A stretch of DNA of 64,000 nucleotides from Bacteroidota bacterium (lineage in GTDB: Bacteria > Bacteroidota > Ignavibacteria > Kryptoniales > JAKASW01): contig JAJZNW010000077.1 of assembly GCA_021811615.1 (NCBI GenBank), positions 6,145 to 70,144 of the forward strand, given 5' to 3'. Below, piece after piece: positions 47,867 through 57,706 of the stretch (position 1 is the stretch's first letter; the number at the start of each line of letters is the position of its first letter). The position numbers and the translations under genes are program-made. The notes under the pieces are model-generated. The model saw nothing but the letters and a program-made list of their open reading frames with translations, was not told the origin of the DNA and searched no databases.

Positions 47867-48934
47867 ATGAGTTTCTTCATATCGAGAAGGTCGGCAGCCT
47901 GCATACTATTTCCGTTGATCTTTACTTTGGCGGTGCGCGCACGAGCACAAGTCGGCGCCGACAGCGTCGCGCAGGACACGAGCGCTGACAGCGTTCGCTC
48001 CGCATTCGCGGCCACTTTCCTGACCGCCATGACGGGTACCATCCTTGAAGGAATCTCAGACGCGAACGGTTTTTCGATACCCTATTTCGGTGCCGTGCAT
48101 TTCGCCGACGGAGGCTGGAAAGCTGGAACAGCATTTCTCGGTACTGAGCTCGGCTTGCTTCTGCTACGTAAACAATTGCTGGACGCCGCTGGCCCTTCCG
48201 GACCTGGATATCCGTTCACCGACAACAATCTGCTCTACCGGAGAGATGGAGGATACAGCCCCCAATCCGATTCATATCTGGTGACCGCCCATGCCACGGA
48301 CTGGTTGCTTGAGGACATCGGTTTCATGGACCTGTTTTCTTCTTTCAGGGAACTGCACGACCGGACATCGACCATCAACAAGGTTACCATGGACCAGACG
48401 AGTATTCCGAGCCTGATGCTTTCGCCGTTCAAACCGAAATACCTGACCGACCCTTGGGTACTCGCTCCCGTGTTCGTCGGATGCGCCGCGAATTACTTAT
48501 ACAACAAAGACAGCAAACCACTTTCCCTGGCAAGAAACGTGACGATGTTCAACAGAACAATGACTCCTGTGCAGGCAATGCTGCTCATGGGCGGTGTCGG
48601 CGCCTTACAGACCATTTTCGTCGCCGCGGGCGAGGAAATGATGTTCCGCGGTGTAGTGCAGACCGAAGCGACGGAGCTAAGCACTCCGGCAGTCGGTCTC
48701 GTCGTGAGTTCGGTGGTTTTCGGTCTGTGGCATGTACCGCGTGGGAATCTGGCTTACGGCCTGAGTGCGGCTATCGGCGGTTTTTACATGGGCTGGCGCT
48801 ACCAGGAAAACGGGTACAACCTTGGAGAAACAATTGCCATGCATTTCTGGAATGATTTCGTGGCGAATTTGATCGTGATGGTACGCAACCCCAGGACTGC
48901 CGAATACGTTTACAGCATCAATTGGAAGTTCTAG
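47867..48934 (+). CDS. CPBP (CAAX protease/Abi) family intramembrane metalloprotease with signal peptide
   Basis: EEMMFRG, FGLWH and MHFWND motifs. Confidence 0.82.
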   Translation: MSFFISRRSAACILFPLIFTLAVRARAQVGADSVAQDTSADSVRSAFAATFLTAMTGTILEGISDANGFSIPYFGAVHFADGGWKAGTAFLGTELGLLLLRKQLLDAAGPSGPGYPFTDNNLLYRRDGGYSPQSDSYLVTAHATDWLLEDIGFMDLFSSFRELHDRTSTINKVTMDQTSIPSLMLSPFKPKYLTDPWVLAPVFVGCAANYLYNKDSKPLSLARNVTMFNRTMTPVQAMLLMGGVGALQTIFVAAGEEMMFRGVVQTEATELSTPAVGLVVSSVVFGLWHVPRGNLAYGLSAAIGGFYMGWRYQENGYNLGETIAMHFWNDFVANLIVMVRNPRTAEYVYSINWKF

Positions 48935-49113
48935 TCTGCCGCATTGTACTTATCGCGGACAGAGTTGCCAATGGGTTTGTCGATTCGAAGCGTGACTTGT
49001 CTCCGTGCTTGCGACAATCGCTTCCCCCTTGACGCGCGGAAAGGAGCATGATTCTCAAAATCGGTTTGGAACATTAAGACAAGAAATTCTTATCTTACTT
49101 CGTCAGAGCGGGC

Positions 49114-49332
49114 ATGAGCAAGAAGACTACAGATATACTCAAAGAAATCGAAGACCTACCTATCCAGGATCGTATCCTGGTAATTGAAAAAGCCCTCAAA
49201 TCGCTTAAGAAAGAGGGAAATAAGAGAGAATTACGCCGGGCTGCGAGAGAGCTTCTCGAGGATTATAAAACCGACAAAGACCTCACTTCGTTCACAGATC
49301 TCGACATGGAAAACTTCTATGAACCAAGGTGA
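49114..49332 (+). CDS. Putative type II antitoxin
   Basis: 72 aa with an acidic C-terminus, overlapping the downstream toxin start by 14 bp. Confidence 0.75.
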   Translation: MSKKTTDILKEIEDLPIQDRILVIEKALKSLKKEGNKRELRRAARELLEDYKTDKDLTSFTDLDMENFYEPR

Positions 49333-49663
49333 CGTCTGGCTAATAACCCTCGACCCGACCGTGGGTGCCGAAATCTCGAAGGCCCGTCCATGCGTCATCG
49401 TCAACGACGATAACCTCGGCCGCCTGCCGCTCAAGATGGTGGTACCGATCACCGACTGGAAAGACCACTTCTCAGTCGCACCATGGATGGTGAAGATCGA
49501 GCCGTCGAACGGGAACGGGCTCGACAAGGACTCTGCCGCAGATTGCTTCCAGCTCCGCTCGATATCGGAGCAGCGGTTAATCAGACGCATCGGGAAACTC
49601 GATGAACCTCAGGTCGAGCGAATCAAAGCAGCGCTTGCGATTGTACTGACTATAAAAGGATGA
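49319..49663 (+). CDS. PemK/MazF family endoribonuclease toxin
   Basis: MNQGDVWLITLDPTVGAEISKARPCVIV...VVPIT...DSAADCFQLRSISEQRL. Confidence 0.92.
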   Translation: MNQGDVWLITLDPTVGAEISKARPCVIVNDDNLGRLPLKMVVPITDWKDHFSVAPWMVKIEPSNGNGLDKDSAADCFQLRSISEQRLIRRIGKLDEPQVERIKAALAIVLTIKG

Positions 49664-49804
49664 AGTTTCCGGACCCAAACTGTGGTCTTCCTCTCTCGGG
49701 CGGTAACTTCGAGGGAACGTATCCGTTATGACCAACGTTGGGATTGCGGCTTGATATTCACGGATTCCGTAGGTAAGCCATATACAAATCGGAGCGAGAG
49801 ACTA

Positions 49805-51373
49805 ATGGATAATACTGGTTCCAACGAGAATTCCGGGCGGCGCATCACGCACATCATCTTCGCGTTTGCGCTCGCCGAGATACTGGTCCATCTTTTCTCA
49901 AATGCGTTCGCGCATTACGGCTATTTCCGCGACGAGCTCTACTACATCGCCTGCAGCAGGCACCTCGCAGCCGGGTATGTCGACCAGCCTCCACTCTCGA
50001 GCTTCATATTATTCATCAGCATTAAGCTCTTCGGCGACTCGATATTCGCGTTGAGACTACTTCCTGCACTGGCGTCCGGCATAACGGTGTACGTGACCGG
50101 GCTGATCGCCCGAAAGCTCAACGGCGGAACGTTTGCGGTAACGCTCGCCTGCCTGACGATGGCCATAACTCCGCAATTTCTCGGAACAAACACGATATAT
50201 TCCATGAACAGCTTCGACTGGCTCTTCTGGTCGCTCGGGGCATATATCGTTTTGCTCATCGTTCAGTCGGAAGAGGGCGGTTTACGAATAAAACAATTGT
50301 GGATTCTCCTCGGTGTTGTTCTCGGTCTCGGATTGCTTAACAAGATAGACATGCTCTGGTTCGGATTTAGTCTTTTCGTCGGACTCCTGCTGACACCGCA
50401 GAGGATTCACCTCAAGACGATATGGCCGTACATCGCGGCGATTATCGCCCTCGTCATATTCAGTCCGTACATCGTGTGGAACATTACGCACAACTTCGCG
50501 ACGCTCGAGTTCATACACAATGCATCATCCATCAAATACGCATCTCAGAACCCTCTGAACTTTATATCGGACACGATACTGGCTATGAACCCTCTCGCTT
50601 TACCCGTCTGGCTGGCGGGAATTTATTTTTTCTTCTTCAATAAAGAAGGAAAGAAGTTCCGCCTGGTGGGACACCTGTTCCTGGTCTCTTTCGTAGTTCT
50701 GATTATCAACTGGCATTCGAAAGCCGAGTATATAGCGCCCGCGTTCCCGATACTCTTAGCCGGCGGCGGAGTGATGTTCGAGCGGAAAGCGTCCCGCCGC
50801 GGTTTCGGCTGGACGAGAATCGCGATACCTTCGGTGGTCACTATTTCCGGATTGCTCCTGCTCCCATTCGCCCTTCCGGTTCTCCCGGTCCAGACGTTCA
50901 TCGATTATTCGAAGGCGACCGGGATCACCCCTTCTTCGGGCGAATCCAACGAAGTGGCGTCGCTTCCGCAATTCTATGCCGACATGTTCGGGTGGGAGAA
51001 TATGGCCGCAACTGTCTCGAAGGTATATCTCTCACTTCCCCCCGATGAACGGAAACAGACGGTAGTCTTTGCGCGCAACTACGGCGACGCCGGCGCGATA
51101 GACTTTTATCGCTCCCGATATCCGCTCCCTAAAGTAATCAGCGGACACAACAACTACTGGTTCTGGGGAAAAGGAGACAGCACGTTCGCAACGGTCCTGG
51201 TGATCGGCGGGACTTTGAAAGGAAACCTTGAAGTCTGCGATTCGGTAACCGAAGCTGCGATCATACGCGACAAGTATTCCATGCCTTACGAGAACAATCT
51301 GCCCGTATTCGTTTGCAGGGGGTTCAATATCCCGTTCGCAGAGATTTGGAATCGAATGAGGGTGTTTATCTGA
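49805..51373 (+). CDS. GT39/PMT-like (GT-C) glycosyltransferase
   Basis: YGYFRDELYY, GYVDQPPL, GLGLLNK and NYGDAGA...SGHNNYWFWG motifs in a multi-TM protein. Confidence 0.85.
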   Translation: MDNTGSNENSGRRITHIIFAFALAEILVHLFSNAFAHYGYFRDELYYIACSRHLAAGYVDQPPLSSFILFISIKLFGDSIFALRLLPALASGITVYVTGLIARKLNGGTFAVTLACLTMAITPQFLGTNTIYSMNSFDWLFWSLGAYIVLLIVQSEEGGLRIKQLWILLGVVLGLGLLNKIDMLWFGFSLFVGLLLTPQRIHLKTIWPYIAAIIALVIFSPYIVWNITHNFATLEFIHNASSIKYASQNPLNFISDTILAMNPLALPVWLAGIYFFFFNKEGKKFRLVGHLFLVSFVVLIINWHSKAEYIAPAFPILLAGGGVMFERKASRRGFGWTRIAIPSVVTISGLLLLPFALPVLPVQTFIDYSKATGITPSSGESNEVASLPQFYADMFGWENMAATVSKVYLSLPPDERKQTVVFARNYGDAGAIDFYRSRYPLPKVISGHNNYWFWGKGDSTFATVLVIGGTLKGNLEVCDSVTEAAIIRDKYSMPYENNLPVFVCRGFNIPFAEIWNRMRVFI

Positions 51374-51374
51374 G

Positions 51375-52040
51375 TCAGTAAACAAAAGGTATCAGGCGCG
51401 CGGTTCGCTTCGCATAAGACCTGTACTCGTCGCCATAACGGTCTGCAAGATATTTGTCCTGCGCCGGTACGTTGGCGAACGCGAAGCTGCCGAACATCAG
51501 TGCCGGTATGATGAGAAGTGCAGGCTGCCCCGACATCAGAACCCACCCCGTAAAAAGGACAATATCTCCGAAGTAGTTCACATGGCGCGAAAGTCTCCAC
51601 ATACCGCCTGTGTAGAGATGACCTTTGTTCTCCGGACGCCGTTTCCAAACCATCCTCTGCCACTCCGATCCCGTATTGATCGCAGAACCCATTAGTACCA
51701 TTACTCCGCCGACAAGCGTCCATATTCCTACCCTCACATCGCTCATCGCGCCGAAGTAGGCGATGAGAATATCGATGAGGCCCACCCACACGGCAATCAT
51801 GGCGACTTCGCTCCAGCCAACTTTTCGTTTTATGAAGACAACGATTGTCGCCAGCACGCGCAGGAAGTAAAGGCTCGCGGCCATCGCAAGCAATAAACGT
51901 CGCAGCGCCGAGCTTTCCTGATGTTGGCCGCCGAAGAGAATCAACAACGCCACAACGACAATCAGGAAATGCAATGCGGCGAGAGTTCCCTTTGACTTAG
52001 GTGACGGCGATTTGTCCCGATATATTTCTGATTGATCCAT
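51375..52040 (-). CDS. DUF1295 / steroid 5-alpha-reductase-like membrane protein
   Basis: LYTGGMWRLSRHVNYFGD and YLADRYGDEY...LIPFVY motifs. Confidence 0.82.
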   Translation of the reverse strand: MDQSEIYRDKSPSPKSKGTLAALHFLIVVVALLILFGGQHQESSALRRLLLAMAASLYFLRVLATIVVFIKRKVGWSEVAMIAVWVGLIDILIAYFGAMSDVRVGIWTLVGGVMVLMGSAINTGSEWQRMVWKRRPENKGHLYTGGMWRLSRHVNYFGDIVLFTGWVLMSGQPALLIIPALMFGSFAFANVPAQDKYLADRYGDEYRSYAKRTARLIPFVY

Positions 52041-52330
52041 TTCCGCTCTTGCGTAGTTGCTTGTTGAAGTGATTTAGAATAATAGAGAACCCGATACTGA
52101 GAATCAATTATCGGAATACCTGCCCGCTTGAAACTTCCGCGCGAGAATTTTACATTTTTCCGGGATGCAGTAGGACGGGGCCGATTATAACCGCGCTTTT
52201 TCAGAGTCAAGCACCAGCAGAATCGATTTCGCCAGGAATTTAAAGGAAGGACGATTCATAATGGTAGCTGTATCGTGTGAGAAATTATCCCGAACTTCCG
52301 CCGGGATTCATCAGAGGACGACGAAGTAAA

Positions 52331-53572
52331 ATGATCCGGCGTGATCTCTCCAGGCGGGAGTTCATCTCCATATCAGGTTTAGCCGCCGGTAGCACGTATG
52401 CCGCGCTCTCTTCGCCAGCACTCTTCCGGCAACTCCTTTCGTGGGTGGAGCGGATTCCCGAGGTAAACCCATATCAGAAATTTCTCGCGGACCAGCCGAT
52501 CGCGAGATACTGGGTGTCGACAGAATCGATAAACGCAGATTGCCTCAGATGCCACTCCTCCTCCGAGACAGGCGGCAGGAAAAGCTTTGACCACGAAGAA
52601 AGATTTGTGAAATGTCTTTTGTGCGCGCAGGGCTGTGTGATGAAAGAGAACGAGCGCGGGAAATGCAGGGCGAGGATGAATGTGAAGGGACGGCTCAGAA
52701 GCCTCGTCTACGGACGACCCATCGCGATTCATGTGGACCCGATAGAGAAGAAACCATTCTACCATTTCCTCCCGGGAAACCAGGCATACTCTCTTGCCAC
52801 CGCCGGATGTCCCCTGTCATGTCAGTTCTGCCAGAACTGGGAGATCTCACAGGCGAAGCCGGAGGACTACGATGTAAAATTCGTCCCGCCCGACAACATC
52901 GTATACAACTCGATGTCGGAAAGCGCACCTATTATCGCGTTCACCTACAACGAACCGACTGTCTTCGTGGAATACCTGACCGACATATCCCGTGCGGCAC
53001 GGAAGAAGGGAATCAGAACTGTCCTGGTAAGCTGCGGTTTCATGAACGAGGAACCTCTTCGAGAAATGTGCGACGTACTCGACGCGATCAAGATCGATCT
53101 GAAGGGATTCAGCGAAGACTTCTACCGCAAGGTTTGCGGTGCTGAACTGAAACCGGTGCTTCGGAGCATAAAGCAGGTCGCGTCGAGCAGGGTCCATCTC
53201 GAAATCGTGAACCTCGTCGTTCCCACTCTGAACGACTCCGACAAGATGATGAGTGCCCTCTCGGAATGGATCGTCGGCGAGACCGGCACCGACGTCCCGG
53301 TTCACTTCACGAGGTTTCATCCCGATTATCGCCTGCTCAATCTTCCGCCCACTCCCATTTCGACGCTCGAACGGGCGAGAGACATCGCCATTTCGAAAGG
53401 AATTCATTACGCGTTTGTGGGAAACGTCCCGGGACATCCTGGCAACTCGACCTACTGCCCTTCCTGCGGGAAGATCGTGATAAAGCGGAGCGGTTTCTTC
53501 CCGGTCGAATATCATTTGAAGGACGGCCGCTGTGAATTCTGCGGCCGTGAGATAGCGGGCGTCTGGAAATAA
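52331..53572 (+). CDS. amrS: AmmeMemoRadiSam system radical SAM enzyme with N-terminal twin-arginine signal
   Basis: VDPIEKKPFYHF, GCPLSCQFCQNWEISQ (CxxxCxxC), TYNEP, PVHFTRFHP, GNVPG and C-terminal CxxC..CxxC. N-terminal SRREFI. Confidence 0.93.
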   Translation: MIRRDLSRREFISISGLAAGSTYAALSSPALFRQLLSWVERIPEVNPYQKFLADQPIARYWVSTESINADCLRCHSSSETGGRKSFDHEERFVKCLLCAQGCVMKENERGKCRARMNVKGRLRSLVYGRPIAIHVDPIEKKPFYHFLPGNQAYSLATAGCPLSCQFCQNWEISQAKPEDYDVKFVPPDNIVYNSMSESAPIIAFTYNEPTVFVEYLTDISRAARKKGIRTVLVSCGFMNEEPLREMCDVLDAIKIDLKGFSEDFYRKVCGAELKPVLRSIKQVASSRVHLEIVNLVVPTLNDSDKMMSALSEWIVGETGTDVPVHFTRFHPDYRLLNLPPTPISTLERARDIAISKGIHYAFVGNVPGHPGNSTYCPSCGKIVIKRSGFFPVEYHLKDGRCEFCGREIAGVWK

Positions 53573-53631
53573 CTTGTCCGGAGCGTTCCGAGGTCTGACC
53601 GACATTAGTGCTCCATGAATGGAGGTGACCG

Positions 53632-55161
53632 ATGAAGGAAATAATATGTTGCTTCGCCCTTCTCCTGTTGATAGGTTCGTGCCGTGGCCAGAAAATCGAA
53701 ACGCACGGATCGAAAGAGAAGCCGGTAAAGCCGGCCGCGTTCGCTGGTAAGTTTTATCCTGCCGATTCGACCAAGTTGAGAGCGGCCATCAAAGCTTTTC
53801 TTGCTGATGCGAAACCAGCAGTCGCCGCACATCCCGTCGCCATCATCGTCCCACACGCCGGCTATATCTTCTCCGGCCAGATAGCTGCCGACGCATATAA
53901 CCAGACGAGGAACGGTGACTACGAACTGGTTGCCGTGCTCGGGACTAATCACACCACTGCCGGATTCGAAGGAGCCTCAGTCTACAGCGACGGAGGATTC
54001 GGGACACCGTTGGGTACCTCGGCGGTTGACGACAGCACCGCGAATGAGCTCCTCACAGCGTATCCCCCCGCGACGCTGGACATTGCCGTCCATGAGAACG
54101 AACACTCGGTCGAAGTACAGATCCCGTTCATTCAATATCTCTTTCCGAACGCGAGAATCCTTCCCATCGTGGTAAGCGAAACAGATCCCGGCAACTGCGC
54201 CGCATTCGGACGCGCCCTTGCAGGAGTATTGAAGAATCGCAAAGCGCTGATTGTCGCGAGCTCCGACCTTTCACACTATCCACGGTTCGAAGACGCCGTA
54301 AGGATCGATTCCGCTTCACTTGAAGCGATAGCGAGCCTGGACATGGACCGGATGGTCTCTCATTTCAGGAAGACGATCCGACAGAGAGTTCCCCAGTTGT
54401 CGACGTGCGCGTGTGGTGAAGCGCCGATTATAGCCGCAGTAGCCGCGGCTAAGGAACTCGGCGCGAGCAAGGGAACAATAATCAGCTACAGCAATTCCGG
54501 CTACAATCCAGCCGGAAAGAGCGACCAGGTAGTCGGGTACGGCGCCGTGGTGATAACCGAAGGCGGGCAGACTCTTCCGCCGGAACCCGACACGGCTATT
54601 TCCGGCACCGGGTTCAAACTCGACCCGCAGGAAAAGTCGGCTCTCCTGAAATACGCGCGAAAGACACTCGAGCAGATCTTCGCCACCGAAACCGTCCCTC
54701 TCCCCCGCGATCTTGGGAGTATGGCGGAAGCGAGGCGCGGAGCATTCGTGACGCTGAGGAAAGGCGGCGAACTCCGCGGCTGCATCGGAAGCATGACCGA
54801 CGACAGGCCTTTGGGAACAGTTGTCGGCGCGATGGCGCTCCATGCGGCATTCAACGATCCGAGGTTCCCGCCCTTGAGAGAATCGGAATTGAAAGATGTC
54901 GAAATCGAGATATCGGTTCTCACTCCTTTCAAGGAAGTGCACGGTGCAGAAGAAATCGTCCTCGGCCGCGACGGCGTGGTGATCAGGAAAGGAGACAGGC
55001 AGGCTGTATTTCTTCCGCAGGTCGCGACGGAAACGGGATGGGACAAGGAAACCTTCCTCGACCAGCTCTGCAACAAGGCCGGATTAATATCGGGAGATTG
55101 GAAGGATGCTCAGCTGTTCACTTTCCAGGCCGATGTTTTCGCCGAGCCTGCGGCACATTGA
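53632..55161 (+). CDS. AmrB-AmrA (Memo + AMMECR1) fusion with probable lipoprotein signal
   Basis: Memo motifs AGKFYP, PHAGY, EHSVEVQ, ASSDLSHY and CG. AMMECR1 motifs GAFVTL, LRGCIG, DPRF and FLPQV. N-terminus MKEIICCFALLLLIGSC. Confidence 0.92.
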   Translation: MKEIICCFALLLLIGSCRGQKIETHGSKEKPVKPAAFAGKFYPADSTKLRAAIKAFLADAKPAVAAHPVAIIVPHAGYIFSGQIAADAYNQTRNGDYELVAVLGTNHTTAGFEGASVYSDGGFGTPLGTSAVDDSTANELLTAYPPATLDIAVHENEHSVEVQIPFIQYLFPNARILPIVVSETDPGNCAAFGRALAGVLKNRKALIVASSDLSHYPRFEDAVRIDSASLEAIASLDMDRMVSHFRKTIRQRVPQLSTCACGEAPIIAAVAAAKELGASKGTIISYSNSGYNPAGKSDQVVGYGAVVITEGGQTLPPEPDTAISGTGFKLDPQEKSALLKYARKTLEQIFATETVPLPRDLGSMAEARRGAFVTLRKGGELRGCIGSMTDDRPLGTVVGAMALHAAFNDPRFPPLRESELKDVEIEISVLTPFKEVHGAEEIVLGRDGVVIRKGDRQAVFLPQVATETGWDKETFLDQLCNKAGLISGDWKDAQLFTFQADVFAEPAAH

Positions 55162-55266
55162 TGGATCGGAAGCCGCGGCACCAGGCGCCTCGTTCGCTCT
55201 TAGCGCCCGGGTTTTTGCGTTTGAATTGAACACCTGCATCTTGATGCTACTTTGTTGCGGATCGAG

Positions 55267-57462
55267 ATGATAAAGAGCGGACGGTTACAAAATTCATCCA
55301 CAGCATCATACCTGATCGCGGTTGGCTTCGTTTCCATTTTCGGACAGGTTGTAGTACTTCGCGAGCTGAGCGTGTCGTTTTACGGAATAGAACTCATATA
55401 TATCCTGTCACTCGGTATCTGGCTTCTCGGCACGGCTCTCGGTGCCGCTATCGGGCGCCGATCCGGCGACCCCGGCAAAAAGTGGGTGCATACCCTCTTC
55501 CTCATCGCATCTGCCTCACTGGCGATGGACATCGTATTCATCAGGGGAATGAGGACGCTGTTTAACGCCGTCCCCGGTGGGTTTCTCCCGTTTCAGACTC
55601 AGATGATCGGCATGTCGCTGGCAATACTCCCGCTCAGTATGATCACAGGGCTCCTTTTCCGGTGGAGCGCGCGACTCTTTGCCGCCGGGGGGCACACACT
55701 TGCCGAATCATACGCGCTCGAAAGCGCAGGCGGAGTACTCGGAGGTCTGATGTCCACCCTTCTCTTAGCCTGGGGACTTCAGAACATTTTCGCCGGGATC
55801 TTTTGCTGCGCCTGCTCACTCTTCGTCGTGAACGCCTGCTCATGGAAATCCGGATTCGAGGTGCAAAGGTACATTTCATTTGCAGGCCTGATCTTCCTTA
55901 TCGTTGCCGCGGCGTTCTCGAACAGCCTCGACATGTGGATGACGTCGTGGGATCATCCGGATTTGAGCGCGTCGCGAGATACACCGTATGGACGCATTAC
56001 AGTCACCTCGCGAGATGGCCAGGTGATCGTTTTCGAAAACGACGCTCTCTCTTATGAAACGGAAACGACCTCGGCGGAAGAACTCGTTCAACTCTCCACC
56101 CTGCAGAGAGACGTTCCGCGAAAAGTCCTCGTTATCGGAGGCGGATTTGCAGGGGTTGTCAATGAGATGTTGAAACTCCCCGTCACAAGAATCGATTACG
56201 TGGAGATAAACAAAAGAGCTATCGGCATCCTCCGCATTCATCTCCCCGCGGAAATGTCAAGTTCGCTTAACGATGAAAGAGTCCGCATCATCTATGATGA
56301 TCCGAGACGATTTCTTCGGACTCGAAACTCATATGACGCGATCCTGACGGCAATGCCGGAGCCGATGTCGGCGCAGGTAAATCGATTCTACACCACCGAG
56401 TTTTTCAGGCAATGTTCATCGAGTTTGAATTCGGGCGGAATATTCTCGTTCGCCATCCGTTCCGCGGAGAATTTGTGGACACCTCACCTTCTAAACAGAA
56501 ACAGGAGTGTTTACGCGGCGCTGAAAGCCGTCTTCAGGCATGTCGTGGTCGTGCCAGGTGTCACCAACATCTTCATCGCATCCGACTCCGCGCTCACCAC
56601 CCATCCCGCCATTCTCGGGGAACGTCTTTCAAAAAGAAGAATCGAAACGCGGCTCGTCAGCATTGAGTATGTCAACTACCTTTACACAAACGACAGGTTC
56701 TCTGCCGTAAACACCGTACTCTCTCAGGAGATCTATGATCCCAATTCCGACACTCATCCGGCATGTTACAGCCACACGATCTCCATATGGTTATCAAGGC
56801 TGCTTGTCGGTTTCGACTTGCCCGGTTTGCGTTCGTTTGGGTTGAACAGGATTCTTAAGTCTCCGGCATTATGGATTCTCGCCTTGGCGGCAGTTGTGTT
56901 GGGGGTTGGAAAAAGATTCGCCTCAACACGCAGGTTCATCGTGATGTTTCTGGCCGGGGCTGTCGGTATGATATCGGAGACAGTGATTCTGCTGAATTAC
57001 CAGAGCTCGTGCGGGGCACTGTACCAGGACATAGGACTCCTTCTCATGATGTTCATGACGGGGCTCGCCGCCGGCGCCGCGTTGACGGCAAGGTTGATAT
57101 CCAAACGGCAATCCGCGGGAAGAAGGAACGGATGGTGGGGGGCGATAATTCTCGGCGGGCTCGGATTACTTAATCTCCTTGTATATTACGGAGTAAAATT
57201 CGATCTACTAGGCGGCCTTGCAATCGCATCAGTAATACTGGCACTAGACGGTGCTTTCGTCGCCGGAGTCTTCGCTTTTGAAAGCCTGCGCGGCATCGAT
57301 GCGCGAACCGGTTTTATGTCATGGCTTTATTCCGCCGACCTGATTGGCGGGTGTATTGGCACGGTAGCCGCGAGTCTGTTTCTCATACCTATCTTCGGGA
57401 TACCGGTGACGACGCTTTCGGGAGCGGCGATTGCCTTCCTGGCCATCGCATTTCTGAGATAG
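55267..57462 (+). CDS. Fused MFS-like / spermidine-synthase-like membrane protein
   Basis: About 7 TM, then DTPYGRI, VLVIGGG, YVEIN, DDPRRFL, YDAIL and FYTTEFF, then about 7 TM with YSADLIG. Alternative TTG start at 55252. Confidence 0.85.
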   Translation: MIKSGRLQNSSTASYLIAVGFVSIFGQVVVLRELSVSFYGIELIYILSLGIWLLGTALGAAIGRRSGDPGKKWVHTLFLIASASLAMDIVFIRGMRTLFNAVPGGFLPFQTQMIGMSLAILPLSMITGLLFRWSARLFAAGGHTLAESYALESAGGVLGGLMSTLLLAWGLQNIFAGIFCCACSLFVVNACSWKSGFEVQRYISFAGLIFLIVAAAFSNSLDMWMTSWDHPDLSASRDTPYGRITVTSRDGQVIVFENDALSYETETTSAEELVQLSTLQRDVPRKVLVIGGGFAGVVNEMLKLPVTRIDYVEINKRAIGILRIHLPAEMSSSLNDERVRIIYDDPRRFLRTRNSYDAILTAMPEPMSAQVNRFYTTEFFRQCSSSLNSGGIFSFAIRSAENLWTPHLLNRNRSVYAALKAVFRHVVVVPGVTNIFIASDSALTTHPAILGERLSKRRIETRLVSIEYVNYLYTNDRFSAVNTVLSQEIYDPNSDTHPACYSHTISIWLSRLLVGFDLPGLRSFGLNRILKSPALWILALAAVVLGVGKRFASTRRFIVMFLAGAVGMISETVILLNYQSSCGALYQDIGLLLMMFMTGLAAGAALTARLISKRQSAGRRNGWWGAIILGGLGLLNLLVYYGVKFDLLGGLAIASVILALDGAFVAGVFAFESLRGIDARTGFMSWLYSADLIGGCIGTVAASLFLIPIFGIPVTTLSGAAIAFLAIAFLR

Positions 57463-57706
57463 AAAATCATACCACTTCGCGCAAAACATTTCCATCATCT
57501 GTGACAATATCGGCTAATCCTAGAACGTAATCGAAGAAAAGGATGTTAATAGTCTTGTATTCGACGGATAACACCTTCCGCAGGCAAGGCTGCTGACAAT
57601 CACAGGTCCGGCGGTGTCGATTACAGTGACTCCAAGTTTCACAAAAAACATTCCGAATGAAGAAATCGAGAACGGCGTGTATTAATATCACCGGATTGCA
57701 AGCCAG

